Of a DNA stretch of 64,000 nucleotides, positions 38,101 to 49,696 are shown in pieces. The first letter of the stretch is position 1. The number at the start of each line of letters is the position of its first letter. Made by a program: the position numbers and the translations under genes. The DNA comes from Chara braunii (taxonomy: Eukaryota; Plantae; Charophyceae): positions 2,140,641-2,204,640 of the forward strand of contig BFEA01000007.1 of assembly GCA_003427395.1 (NCBI GenBank), in the 5' to 3' direction. The notes beneath the pieces are model-generated. The model saw only the letters and a list, made by a program, of their open reading frames with translations. It did no database searches and was not told the origin of the DNA.

Positions 38101-39716
38101 TCATATCAGCTTCTTGGCTTTGGTCTTGATATAGGTGTACGATTTTTGTCCCAGTAAATGAACTACCAAGACGTACCATAGGATCGAGAAGGTTGCAGCC
38201 GTTAGCAAAAGGGATTTGTTGAACAACGACGAAAGGTACGACCTGTTCCATTTGGCAATGCGTGTCATCACCTTTTCTGCCAAAAGTTGGTCTTGAAAAA
38301 CTGCACAGTCTGATGTAGCCACTTGTACCCCCCAAAACCGCTCCGAAGAGTCCCCGGGAATACCCTTCATACCCCAATCTACACACAAATGATAAGGGAA
38401 AGTCAATAAATAAGAAGACTTTGACCAATTCACTAAGGCTTCCGCTAGTTCACAATAATTAGTTAGTACACTTTATACCTCGGCCAAGACTTGCGGGTCA
38501 TTCTCTGCGCAAACCATGAGGTCGTCTGCAATCGCTCCTACTTTCCACTCAACGCCTCTATTAATCTTAAGGCTTGCTATGCGTGGGTTATATCTGAAGT
38601 TGTCTAACAACATCTCAAGGTGGACCACAAAGACTAACGGTGCCAGCGGGCAACCTTGTCGCAGTAAACGTGTGAGACAAAAGGGTTCAGAGTTGTGTCC
38701 GTGGACCATGACTGTGGTCGTTGCTTTTGAGTATATTGCTCGTACCCATGAACAAACATTTAACCCGAAGAGACAATGTTCCAAAGTAGTTTGGATAAAG
38801 GTCCAACCCACTTTATCATATGTTTTTTCCATGTCTAATAGTATGATGGCAATGTCTCTCTTCTCTTTGACTATGATTTCGATAGCCTGAAGGGTTGTGA
38901 TAATATTTTGGTGAATGACCGACCCCTTACAAAGGCTCCTTGTTCTTGCCCCGTGAGGAGAGGTGGGTATTTTGCTAGACGTAGTGCAATGGTCTTGGCT
39001 AAGAGTTTACAAGCCGCTTTTAACAGAGAGATCGGTCTCCAATTCCGAATATCTTTCTTGCTTTCTTTCTCATAGAACAACGAGATTACTCCTTTTACCA
39101 TTGAACTGAGGAGGGGCTCGCCAATCAAGACATTATTGAAAAGATCGGTTAGAATCGGGCCGAAGAACTCCGAAAAGGCAATAATGAACTTGATCGGTAA
39201 ACCATCTGGCCCAGGGGCTTTCCCATTTGCCATCATGTGGGCTGTTGTCTCAAGTTCCTCCATGGTTAAAGGTCGGTCCAAGTCCAAGGTCACGTACAAG
39301 GAAAACGATTTCCCAGAAAATCTTAAAAACTCAGAGAAGTCCCTCAAATCTGTATCAGGTTGGTCAAAAGGGACGCCGGGTAGTCAGAATGTCACTGAAT
39401 ACTTCCTTGCATATTGGCACATTTGGATTGATCTTTCCATTGTGAGCGTCATTAATGAAAAGGGGTGTTCCAATTCCTTCATGAGGGGTTTGGCCACCGA
39501 CTTGTCTGAAAGGACTCTTTAGTCATGTGTTCATAATGTGTCAATCCCCTCATTCGCAACCGTTATTTTCTTTGCTCTTCCACCTTAATTTATTATGCCT
39601 CCAAGTTGGCCAAGGCCGCATTTCGCTTTTGCATCCAATACAAATCAGAAATTGAATGTCTTCCTAATTGTTGTTTGGCTATTATTATTTTTGTCTGCCA
39701 TTGTCTGATTTGTTTG

Positions 39717-40557
39717 CAACAGAAAAATTCCCACGAGAAATGAAAGTTGAAAAAACATTCCATAGAAGAAAAAATCTTCGTAATGTTCGTTCAATTCTAA
39801 AATTTTCAGTTTTATTTGATAAGTTTTTGTCTAAGGAGTTTTCTCTTCCAACTATATCCATGTGCTCAAGATGGAATGGAAGTCTGGACCTACGTAGCAC
39901 CGTGTTCTCTTTCGGAGGCGAACACGAACATGTTCGCCCGAACGCGAACAAGCGCCAAAAACCCTCCGAACGCGAACATAAAAAATATTTATAAAAAAAA
40001 ACAAAATATTCTCAAAAAAATCTGAAAACAATATATGTTATGTAAAATAACAATACAAGCAACTTTTTCCTTGGACTCATGTTCAAATTCGTAGCCAATC
40101 GTGAGTTAAAAATCAAAAACCTTTTTTTTTTTTTACGAAAAAAAATTATGTTCGTTCGAACATGTTCGCGAACTGTTCGCGTGAACATGAAGGGGCGCGA
40201 ACACGTTCGCCGTGCTACGTAGGTTTGGACGAGTTTATGAAATGTTTTAATCAAACTTTCATTCTACTACAACAAATATTTTCTAATTTAGATTGGATTA
40301 ACCTATTTATGATTGAAAATCCTTACTTAGAATAAAATTCAAATTAAAATATCTCATGAACTCATCCAAACTTTCATTCCATCTCTAATATGTGGTTCAA
40401 ATAAGAAGGGATACCCCATTTCTGGAATGAAAGTTTTTCCATAAGACGAAAATTTTTAAAATTAGAATGGCATTTTAAAAGATGGAATGCAAATTTGAAA
40501 TTTATAATGTAATTTTACTATAGAATGATTATTTAATTATGGGAAATTTTTCTGTTG
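39717..40557. mobile_element. AT-rich MITE with CAACAGAAAAATT(T)CCCA TIRs inserted in LINE ORF2
   Basis: Left CAACAGAAAAATTCCCA, right TGGGAAATTTTTCTGTTG. Flanks tgtttg/tgttttg form only an imperfect duplication. Confidence 0.75.
39890..40222. mobile_element. 333-bp MITE, TIR CTACGTAGCAC, 8-bp TSD, nested in the previous MITE
   Basis: GTCTGGAC|CTACGTAGCAC...GTGCTACGTAG|GTTTGGAC; CGAAC/GTTCG subterminal repeats around an AT-rich core. Confidence 0.9.
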
Positions 40558-42229
40558 TGTTTTGCTTGTCACTTTTGATTATCGAGTAAGTACTACATGC
40601 TTCTTGCAGCGCTGTCATTTCTCCATCATACCAATGCTGAGGGCTTTGGCAGAGGTGGACTGTTTTTTTCCAGTTTAGAATGATACGGTTCAGCCAATCC
40701 TTGGGAGTCGAGTCCTCTAGGTGTATGATATTTAGTCAAAAGTGGTCATGACCTCTGTTTGGGTCGCCCCCCAACTGCACCTCAAAACGAACTGGGGAGT
40801 GATCAGACATAGGGAAAAATCTTACCTCAGCCGACAAACAGTTATTCCTAGGGGTTCCTCACATCAGAACATAGTGCAAACGGCGGGCAGAAAGAGCCCC
40901 TCTTGCCGGTCCGAACCAGGTATATTCGGATAAGTCTGGGTTCAAAATTCTGCAGGCATTCATTAGGTCGTTAGTTTCCATTAGTTCATGGAGCAGACAA
41001 GAGTCCCTATGCATCGGTGACACCGAAGGAGAGTTGAATCCCGGGTTGAGAATTGTGTTTCAGTCTGCCCCCAATACCAAATTGTGGGTATCTGGCAGTA
41101 CCTCCGGTAGTTCCGCTATGAACTCGACTCGTTCCTTGTATTCAACAAATACATATATGGACATGAAAGTCCAAGGTTCAGAATTCACCTCCACTTTTAT
41201 CCAACACCACCGACCCCAAACATCGAACGCCGAATCTATGATTTCAGTGAGAAAATCTTGGCGGAAGAGAATGGTCGTGCCCCCTTTGGAACTCACTGTC
41301 GGGGAGCAAAGTTGGAAGCCAGACCACCATTGTCCCATGTCACGGATTTTGTCTTCGTTTAACTTAGTTTCTTGGAGAAGGACTACCTTGACATCTGACT
41401 TATGCATCCAGGTTCGCAAGCGGGTCTTTTTATATCTATTGTTTGTGTCCCCTAGGCCCCAGATATTATAAGTGGCAATGGGTAGTTTATGTCGCATTGC
41501 TGCTTATGCGACCGGTTGCAGAGTAGATCCAGTCAGAAGTGCCTTGCTGTGTTCCAGACTTCTTTCCCCTGCTCCCTTTCTTTGCGACGAAAGGCTTCGG
41601 AGAAGACCAGTTTAGTCTGAGTGTGGAGTACAATTGGTGGGAGAACATAATATTCTTGTTCGACGACTGAGTCAAATTGTGTGCCAAGGTAGCAGCATTA
41701 ACCTCATCTCACAGATGAATGTCTTTCAAGCTCGGACTTTCGTGCTTGGCCAACTATGACAACGAGACGTAAGAAATGTTTAACTCTTTAAGTTGGTCCT
41801 TGCTCAGCGGGTGGGCATCGATGGAGGTGTAAAAAAGGCCAACTTTTGTCCAGTGACGTTCAAAATGAGGTGGCGGGTGAGTTTTACCCCCGATATCAGG
41901 TGGCTACGAAACTTGTTTTGTACCAATTGTTTAGCGGTGACGGCCAGGGTTGTCATCCGGGGACCCCCGGCGGCAAAGCCGGGGCCGAGATTTCACCCTC
42001 GGACCCCCTCCCTCGGGGGCGCCGACCCCCGGACCCCGCTGAAGACCCCCGCGCCCGCCCGACCCCCGGCACCCCCGCGGGACCCCGCCCCCGGCACCCA
42101 GCACCCCGGCCCTGACCCCGGGACCCCCGCCGACCCTGCACCCGGACCCCCGGTCCCTGCACCCTCCCGGCCCCGCCACCCAGGCCCCACACCCTCGGTC
42201 CCTGCACCCCCGGTCCCCGCACCCCGCTG

Positions 42230-42299
<70 letters not shown>

Positions 42300-42400
42300 C
42301 CTCTCCCCACATTCCCCCTCCGAGTCCCCGTCCGCACCCTGCATTTCTTTTTTTTTTGGAGGAGTCCAGAACCCCAAAATATATCTTTTTTTTTTTTTCC

Positions 42401-42424
42401 AACTGATCAGAACAGATACTACAC
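42401..42424 (-). pseudogene. U2: U2 snRNA fragment including the branch-point recognition sequence
   Basis: GTGTAGTATCTGTTCTGATCAGTT (about U2 nt 31-54, one change), preceded by GATCT and followed by GG-A13. Confidence 0.7.
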
Positions 42425-42930
42425 AGATCCTGAAAATATCGAAGGGCACAAAAAAAAAAAAATTGAACATACGAATTCCTTGTTAATTTGTTTTTTTCCG
42501 AAAGCTTTTGTGCATCTGAACAAATCCGAACGTCTAAAGAGACGTTCGGCAAAGATTGCACGGCAATGGAGCAGGCCAGCAATATATGTTCTGGATCCGA
42601 AGTCAGGTCTGCTTTCCACTGCTTCCAGCAGTTATGGGTCACACGTTACAACTGCATAAAAAAACTCTTTCTTTTGTTTCGTTTCCCTACGAGCAGTGGC
42701 CCTACGGGCCTTGCTCCACCCCTCACAACTTGCACAAACGACAAAACATATGGCAGCGTATGAGTCCATGTTCTAGTAGAAGATTCATTCATCTGTTTTT
42801 TTTTTTTTTTTTTCCTTTTCATTCGAGCAGCGGCCGTAAGGGCCTTCCCCCAAGGAAAAGAAAACTGAAAAAGACAGAGGAATGAATCTTCTGCAAGAAC
42901 ATGGACTCATACGCGGGGACTTGCCCTATG

Positions 42931-43004
42931 GTATCTGTTCTGATCAGTTTAATATCTGATCCGTGGTCCATCGGAGACACTAAAAAAAAAAAAAAAAAAA
43001 AAAA
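42931..43004 (+). pseudogene. U2: U2 snRNA retrocopy (about nt 36-85, stems IIa/IIb) with A23 tail and 13-bp flanking direct repeat
   Basis: GTATCTGTTCTGATCAGTTTAATATCTGATCCGTGGTCCATCGGAGACACT-A23, flanked by GGGACTTGCCCTA (42916-42928) and GGGTCTTGCCCTA (43005-43017). Confidence 0.88.
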
Positions 43005-43625
43005 GGGTCTTGCCCTACTCGTCACCACTTGCACAAAAGACACACATATGGCGACGTATGGTTCCATGTTCTAGCAGAAGATTCATTCCTCTCTTTCTTT
43101 TGTTTCCTTTTTTTTCATTTTGTTTTTTTCAGTTTTTTTTTTCTTTCTCCTACGAGCAGTGGCCCTAACAGCCTTGCTCCACTCGTCACCACTTGCACAA
43201 AAGACAAAACATATGGCGGGGTATGATTCCATGTTTTAGNAGAAGATTCATTCTACTTTTGCACGTTTGGTGAGTAGTGGAGGGAAGCCCTACTGCTGAA
43301 AAACTCGCGTGCTCAGTGGTCCCATAACTCCTGAAACGCGGACCTTAATGCGAATCAATAGCATATATACTTGGCGTGCCGCAACTCTGTTATGAGCATT
43401 ACCTCGCCCACTGTGAGGAAGCCCTTACATATCACGTGCAAGGGCTTCTCAAACAGCCCCCAGGGGTTTTGGAAAAAAAAAAAAAAAAAGAGCTATTTGT
43501 TTCCCCTACTCCCTCGACCCCACCTCTCAAAACCCTGCACCCCCAGCACCCGACCACCGCCGACCTCCGCACCTCCAACCCCGGCCAACCCCCGCACCCC
43601 CGACCTCCACACCCCCAACCCCAAC

Positions 43626-43662
<37 letters not shown>

Positions 43663-43809
43663 CCCCCCGTAAACCCAACCCCTTCCACAGGTGGCAGCCA
43701 CCCCGGGGGGGGGGGGAAGGACCCCTGATTTATGGAAAAACCAGAAATTGCCAGGGGATGTGCGGCGTCGGTGCGCACCCCCCGGTATTTTTAAAATTTT
43801 TTGATTTTT

Positions 43810-43841
<32 letters not shown>

Positions 43842-44802
43842 CCCGGGGCCGGGTGTGCCGACACCTGACCCCCGGGACCCCCGCCGGGGCCCCGGGCCCG
43901 GGGGTTGACAACCCTGGTGATGGCCACTGATGACTCTGAAGGGTCATCTGTCGTAGCCGTGATGGAAAAGGACTTACAATCATTTTGATCTATGAAGACC
44001 AGGGCCATTGGGCTTTGATTTGATGAAACGCAGAAGATCAACACCACGTATCTGAAGACTGACTCCCCTTTGTCCAAAGTCTCCACTCTGGGACCTTCGT
44101 TGAGGGTTAGTGTCCTGGGGTAGGCTTCTTCTGCAAATTATGGGGCATGAGCTAAATCCTCCTGCTGGTCGTCGGCCTCATAGCCATCCGAAGAGTTACA
44201 ACGAGTAGGAATTTCTTTGTCTGATTTTGTTTTCCTTGCTCGCTTGTTAGATGATTTCTTCTGTTTGTTTGCTTTTTGAGAAATCGTAGCAGCACTGTCA
44301 TCCAACGCCATGAGAGCCAAAGGATTTTCTTCTTCGGTGGTGACGACCTCCATTGCATCCTCATTCACGTCGTTGTTATTTTCTGCTATTCCAATTATTG
44401 ATTCCTCGTTCTGCTCAAACTCAATATGAATTTCATCATCTCCTTCAGACTTGTGAAGCTCCATCAGAGTTCTCGGGGTGGATTTCTCCGCCTGGTCGTC
44501 GCCTGCAGGGATCTTGAATCTGCTTGTCAGGCGCCAGGCTTGCCCAAGGTGAGAAAAGGTATCATACAATTTATTCGTGAAGGTCGTAGTATATGATGAG
44601 ATCGGGGGAGGGGGAGGCTAATACTCCCTACTCCTGAACTGAAAAGAGTGGTTGTCATGTGCCTTGTTGTGTGGTGAGGGTTTGCATCGCGGACGCCTGG
44701 TTCGGGGGTCTCAGCGCTATTCCTCATCGCCCCTAGGATGTAACTATTTTTTGTTCCTCGCTGCATTCCTGCATTCTTCATCATAGTGAAACCACCATCT
44801 AC

Positions 44803-45226
44803 AGTGAGAACAATATGGGGTGGAGGTATTGACTACATCCACAACTACAGATCCCTCTTTCAACAACTCTATTGTTAAGGACATGTGGAAAGAGCAACGT
44901 GCAAAAGACTCAAGGTCAAAGCGAACGTTGGCAATGAAGGGTCCATTTTTATTTGGCTGATGATCGTGCAACACTTTTCCCATTGCTTTTTCAATTTTGA
45001 AACGAAGATGAAAAATTGTCGTCAAGTGAGAACTATTTGGGGTGGAGGTATAGACTACATCCACAACTACAGATCCCTCTTTCAACAACTCTATTGTTAA
45101 GGACCTGTGGAAAGAGAAACGTGCAGAAGACTCAAGGTCAAAGTGAACGTTGACAATGAAGGGTTCATTTTTATTTGGCTGATAATCGTGGATTTTCAAC
45201 ACTTTTCTCATTGTTTTTTCAATTTC
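44803..45226 (-). repeat. 222-bp-period tandem duplication in LINE ORF1
   Basis: ggggtggaggta(t/a)gactacatcc at 44817 and 45039; the peptide is repeated in ORF 44744-45211. Confidence 0.9.
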
Positions 45227-45439
45227 AAGTCCGAGGGTTGAGTCATGTATGCGAGTGAGACTTGCTCAAACACATGCTTGAAACTCACAAATGCAACGAA
45301 GAATGCAATGGAACATCATTATGTGAGAGTCGAGTCATGCATGTGAGTGGGACTTGCTCAAACACATGCTCCAGGCTCATGAATGCAACCAAGAATAAAA
45401 CGGAATGTCATCATGTTATAAAATTGAACAAAGCATGGA

Positions 45440-46055
45440 TAATAGTTGCGATTTGCTCCCAAGTGAAGAGATAGAGAGAAAGAGAGAGAAAAGTGAGTGA
45501 AACTCTCTCAAATGCCGAAAATCACAAGGGGGGAAGTGACGCTTCATATGGGATCTAAACAAGAAGTAATCATCATCAAAACACTAGATTGAGCATAGAC
45601 AAAAATTGCGATTCGCTCCTAAGTGGAGAAGTGGAAAAAAAGTGAGAAAAGAGTGAGCGAAACTCACTTAAATGCATGAAATTACAAGGGGGGAAGTGAC
45701 GCTTCACATGAAAGTGGGTAAATGGACTAAACAAGAGGTAATCATCGTCAAAACGCTAGATTAAGCATAGACAAGAGTTGCGATTTGCTCCTAAGTGAAG
45801 AATTGGAGAGAAAGTGAGAAAAGAGTGAGTGAAACTCACTCAAATGCATGAAATCACAAGTGGGGAAGTGACGCTTCACATGGAAGTGGGGAAATTGACT
45901 AAACAAGAGGTAATCATCATCAAAACACTAGATTAAGCAAACACAAGAGTTACGATTTGCTCCTAAGTGAAGAAGTGGATAGGAAGTGAAATAAGAGTGA
46001 GTGAAACTCACTCAAATGCATGAAATTACAAGGGGAGAAGTGGCGATTCACATAG
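45440..46055. repeat. Tandem repeat, about 160-172-bp unit, about 4 copies
   Basis: ttgcgatttgctcctaagtg-like starts near 45446, 45606, 45779 and 45950. Confidence 0.9.
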
Positions 46056-46199
46056 GGGTGAAGAATGAGCCCATGGGGAGATCATTACTAGTGAGAAGGC
46101 TCCCTCCCATCTACTCTAAACTTAAAAAAAATTCCTATGGAGAAAGAAAAAAGGGGTGAAGAAGAAGAAAGTGAGATATGGATAAGAGATCATTGAGAG

Positions 46200-46315
46200 A
46201 ATAGGAGAAGGAATGGAAGGGGAGGAAGATAAAGAAGAAGAAGAAGAAGAAGAAGAAGAAGAGAAGGAAGATAAGGAGGAAGGAGAGGAAGGAGAAGAAG
46301 AAGAGGAAGAGGTAA

Positions 46316-46346
<31 letters not shown>

Positions 46347-46356
46347 CGAAGAAAAA
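46200..46356. repeat. (GAA/GAG)n purine-rich repeat
   Basis: Seen directly. Confidence 0.9.
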
Positions 46357-49300
46357 TCTTTCATTTTCACTCACCTCCTTGGTGTCTTGGAGATGGAGCA
46401 CCAACCTTGATGAAGCTTCTCCCTTTTTTGCACAAGTATCAACTTGGCTATGGTTTTCTCCTTCCTCTCTCAACCTTACCCAAACTATGGCAAACTTATT
46501 CCACTATGGTTATGGAGCCCTCCCCTCTATGAGGGCTAATGAGATTCTCTTTATCCTCCCCCTCTTCCTCACAGCCAGGGGGCTATGGCGGATCACCTCC
46601 TTAGGCCAGCCTCACTACCACTAACCTCTAGAGCTCCCTCCCCTAGCTCACAGTCTCCTCAGCTCCCAAACTGGCAGGGGTTCCCATATCCTCTCTCCAA
46701 GTGAGAAAAGTGCTCCTATGAGCTCATAGGCAGCATGGACACTCCTAATGCAAATGTGAGTGTGGTGGACTGAATCCACAGCTTATGAAGGCTGAAACCA
46801 ACACTCCCGCTAGCCCATGGATCTCCCCATGTGCCTTGAGGTGAACCGAGGTACCCCCAAAGCAAAATTACACCACTAGGCCATTTCGGAGGTATCCGGA
46901 CCTTATTTTGGCCAAGTACATGCAGTCCGAGTGGTTGGTACCAACTCGGATCGCCTCTTGGCCTCCTTCAACCTCTTTTTCATTTTCAAAATGCTGCCCC
47001 CTTGGGTCCTAATGCCCAAGAGGCAGCCTCATTTAAGAAAAAAAAACATGAGGGCATTTTTCTCAATTTTTTCGGTTCTACCTCGTTTTTGGTAGGCCGA
47101 GGTATTTCCCCATGCTCCGGAGCCTTTTCAGCCTTGGATCTAGTTGAGATCCAAGGCCAACAATATTCCGTGTCACCCCCAAGTAGTCCTTGCTTCAAAT
47201 TTGAGCCCCTAACCTCACTGTTTCAATTTTTGGTGCATCTGACCCTCTTTTTGGGTCAGATGCACAGTTTTGTTTTTTTCTCTCTTTTGTTTCTTTTCAT
47301 TTTGGGCTGCCAACTCATTCCGGAGTTGGCCATTTGGGTAGGCCTTATAAAAAACGACCATATTCCCTCCTCCATGAATCTGATGACCCAAAAGAAAACT
47401 GGTCATTTTCCCTCTGCATTTTCTATTGATTTTGCATTTTTAATTCAGATTTTGTGGACATATTGCCCCAAGAGCCATATCTCTACATTCCGAATTGCCC
47501 TCCTTGAATCTTGGAGGGATAAGGTCACAGTAGGGACCTGCCAGTCCCTACTGTGCAGGTCCCAATAGGCCGACACATTCTCCTCCACTTTTTTCTTCCT
47601 TTTTGTTTTATTCTCCCTCCATTTTCTTTCATTTTTCTTTTCTTTTCTTTTCTTTCTGATGTGACAAGTGTCAAGTGACTGTTGAGTTTTTTTCTAGGTC
47701 ATAGATCTTCATCTATGGCCAAAGATTCAGATTCAACAGGTGGTCATTATATCTCGGATCGCAATAATGAAGCCCCTACACTCAAGGAGGCTTCATTTTG
47801 TCTCCGTTAGTCTCAATTTTGAACCCCCTTTCCTCCGTTTTATTTTTGATAGTCTTTTTTCCATGTTGAGTCCCTTGGGGCTCTATTTTCTCATGCGTAG
47901 CTAGTCCGAAATACCCCGGACTGCTGGACAACCCTCCCATCATTATTATTTTGCTTTCTTTTCTCGCACGGCTCTCCCACTTGATCCCACTATATTAGCA
48001 TCACCAGTGCTTGCACTGGTGCTAATATTCTTCACCGTTTAGATCTTCATCTCGACGATGTCGATGGTGTCGTTTGCTTTGTGCGGCCTTCCCTCATGTT
48101 GGCTCATGGTTACCTTGGGACAACTCAAGTCCCCGCCACTCTCCCCGTACTAGTTCCAATTTTTTTTGTCCCGCCTGTAGTCTCGTCGCCGCGTATCCCG
48201 TTTTTTGCCTATTTTTATTTGGGCCCACTTAGTTCCCAGCAACATCCTGGATGATGTCTCATTTTTATTTTGGGATCTCCTTGTCCTTTGTGGTTCCAAT
48301 ATCCCTTCCTTAGGTGCCTCATGTGTGCCGATTATTATTGGCCGCGAAATCTCATCTCACAGTTGTCGTTCACCGTTTTTATTTGCCCCATGCCGAAATC
48401 ACTCTTTTCTAGCCTTTTGGGGTTGCCATGACTCATTTCTCTTAACCTAGACATCCTTATGCAGTCCTATATTTCTCGGACTGCAATTACGATAATTTTC
48501 CTAGTCCCCTTCCCACGCCCCATGTTGAAAGAAAACGAAGCGCTCAATTCTCAAGTGCATCCAAGCTCAATATTGGCCCTGGATCCATCTACAACATGTG
48601 TTTTATCTTCCCCATGCAGTCCATTGTAACTCGGACTGCAATAGGGGTCAATTTTCTAGTCCCATTGCCCCACAACTAGCCCAAAACTGAAGGAAAAATA
48701 CACGGTCAACTTTCAAGTGCATCCGGACTCAATTTTGACTCCGGATGCACCTAAAAAATGTGTTTCTCCTCCCTTTGTAATCCGTTTTATTTCGGTTGCA
48801 TGAGGCNNNNNNNNNNNNNNNNNNNNNNNNNNNNNNNNNNNNNNNNNNNNNNNNNNNNNNNNNNNNNNNNNNNNNNNNNNNNNNNNNNNNNNNNNNNNNN
48901 NNNNNNNNNNNNNNNNNNNNNNNNNTTCTTTTCTTTCATTTTTCCTCCTTTCATGGACAGTTGGGACCTGCCAGTCCCAACTTGTGGCAGTCCCTATTGA
49001 CGGCCAACTCACTCATTCTCTCTCACTCTTTTTATTTTATTCTCCTACATTTTTTTTTTCTTTTTCTAGCATGTCAAGTGTCAAGTGGTCATTAAGTCCC
49101 TTTTCTAGGTCTTTCCTCTTAGTTTTGACCCTCCCTATGCTCATGGTGCAGTCCGTTATATCTCGGATTGCAATAATGGTTCCCTTATGCCCATGAGAGT
49201 TTCATTTTACCTCTTTTTCTTTCACACAGTAGCCCCTCTTAGTCTGATTTTTTTTTCTGAAGGCCTATTTTTCACATGGAGTCTCTTTTGACTTCATTTT

Positions 49301-49499
49301 CTTGAGGGAAACTGATCCGAGATTTTTCGGATTCCTCCCATGCCGCCTCTCACTTTATGTTTCTTTACTTTTTTCTTTCCTTTTTTGTCTTCCGGTTTGC
49401 TACCACTTTTGGCCGTCAAGATCGAGATCTTGATGGTGCATTTTGTTTTAATTGTATTATCCTCATGTCGCTCCGCTGTTTTTCTTGGGACCTTCACAT

Positions 49500-49696
49500 G
49501 TCCCCGCCACTTGTCCCGCCGGTGATCCCTGACACTTGTCTCATCGACGGTCCCCGACACTTTGTCCCGTCGGTGGTCCCCGACACTTGTTCCGTCGATG
49601 GTCCCCAACGCTTTGTCCCGTCGGTGGTCCCCAACACTTGTCCCGTCGGTGGTCCACGACACTTTATCCCGTCGGTGGTCCCCGACACTTGTCCCG
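49500..49696. repeat. Minisatellite of 22-23-bp units (gtcccgtcggtggtccccgacactt-like)
   Basis: About 8 copies seen directly. Confidence 0.9.

Larger units (their letters stand above)
41945..43916. mobile_element. Non-autonomous hAT-like element (about 1.97 kb) inserted in LINE ORF1 and carrying U2 snRNA fragments
   Basis: GTGACGGC|CAGGGTTGTCA...TGACAACCCTG|GTGATGGC (11-bp TIR, 8-bp TSD with one mismatch); GC-rich GGACCCC subterminal repeats; poly-C tracts; internal direct and inverted repeats; no transposase seen. Confidence 0.9.
36400..45237 (-). mobile_element. L1/Tx1-type LINE, long decayed copy interrupted by three DNA-transposon insertions
   Basis: ORF1 zinc knuckle CSHCRWWFHYDEEC (about 44768-44810). 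ORF2 starts at 41497 with MRHKLPIATYNIWGL...LLQETK (APE), then GKAPGPDG, WRPISLL, QGAFVRGR, RQGCPLAP, IADD (RT), GGLGI and a C-terminal C/H cluster near 36985-37040. Both ends are approximate. Confidence 0.92.

Noticed and set aside
41793-43983. Gly/Pro-rich ORFs of 110-230 aa
   Set aside because: They arise from poly-C tracts and GC-rich subterminal repeats of the hAT-like element; no domain is present.
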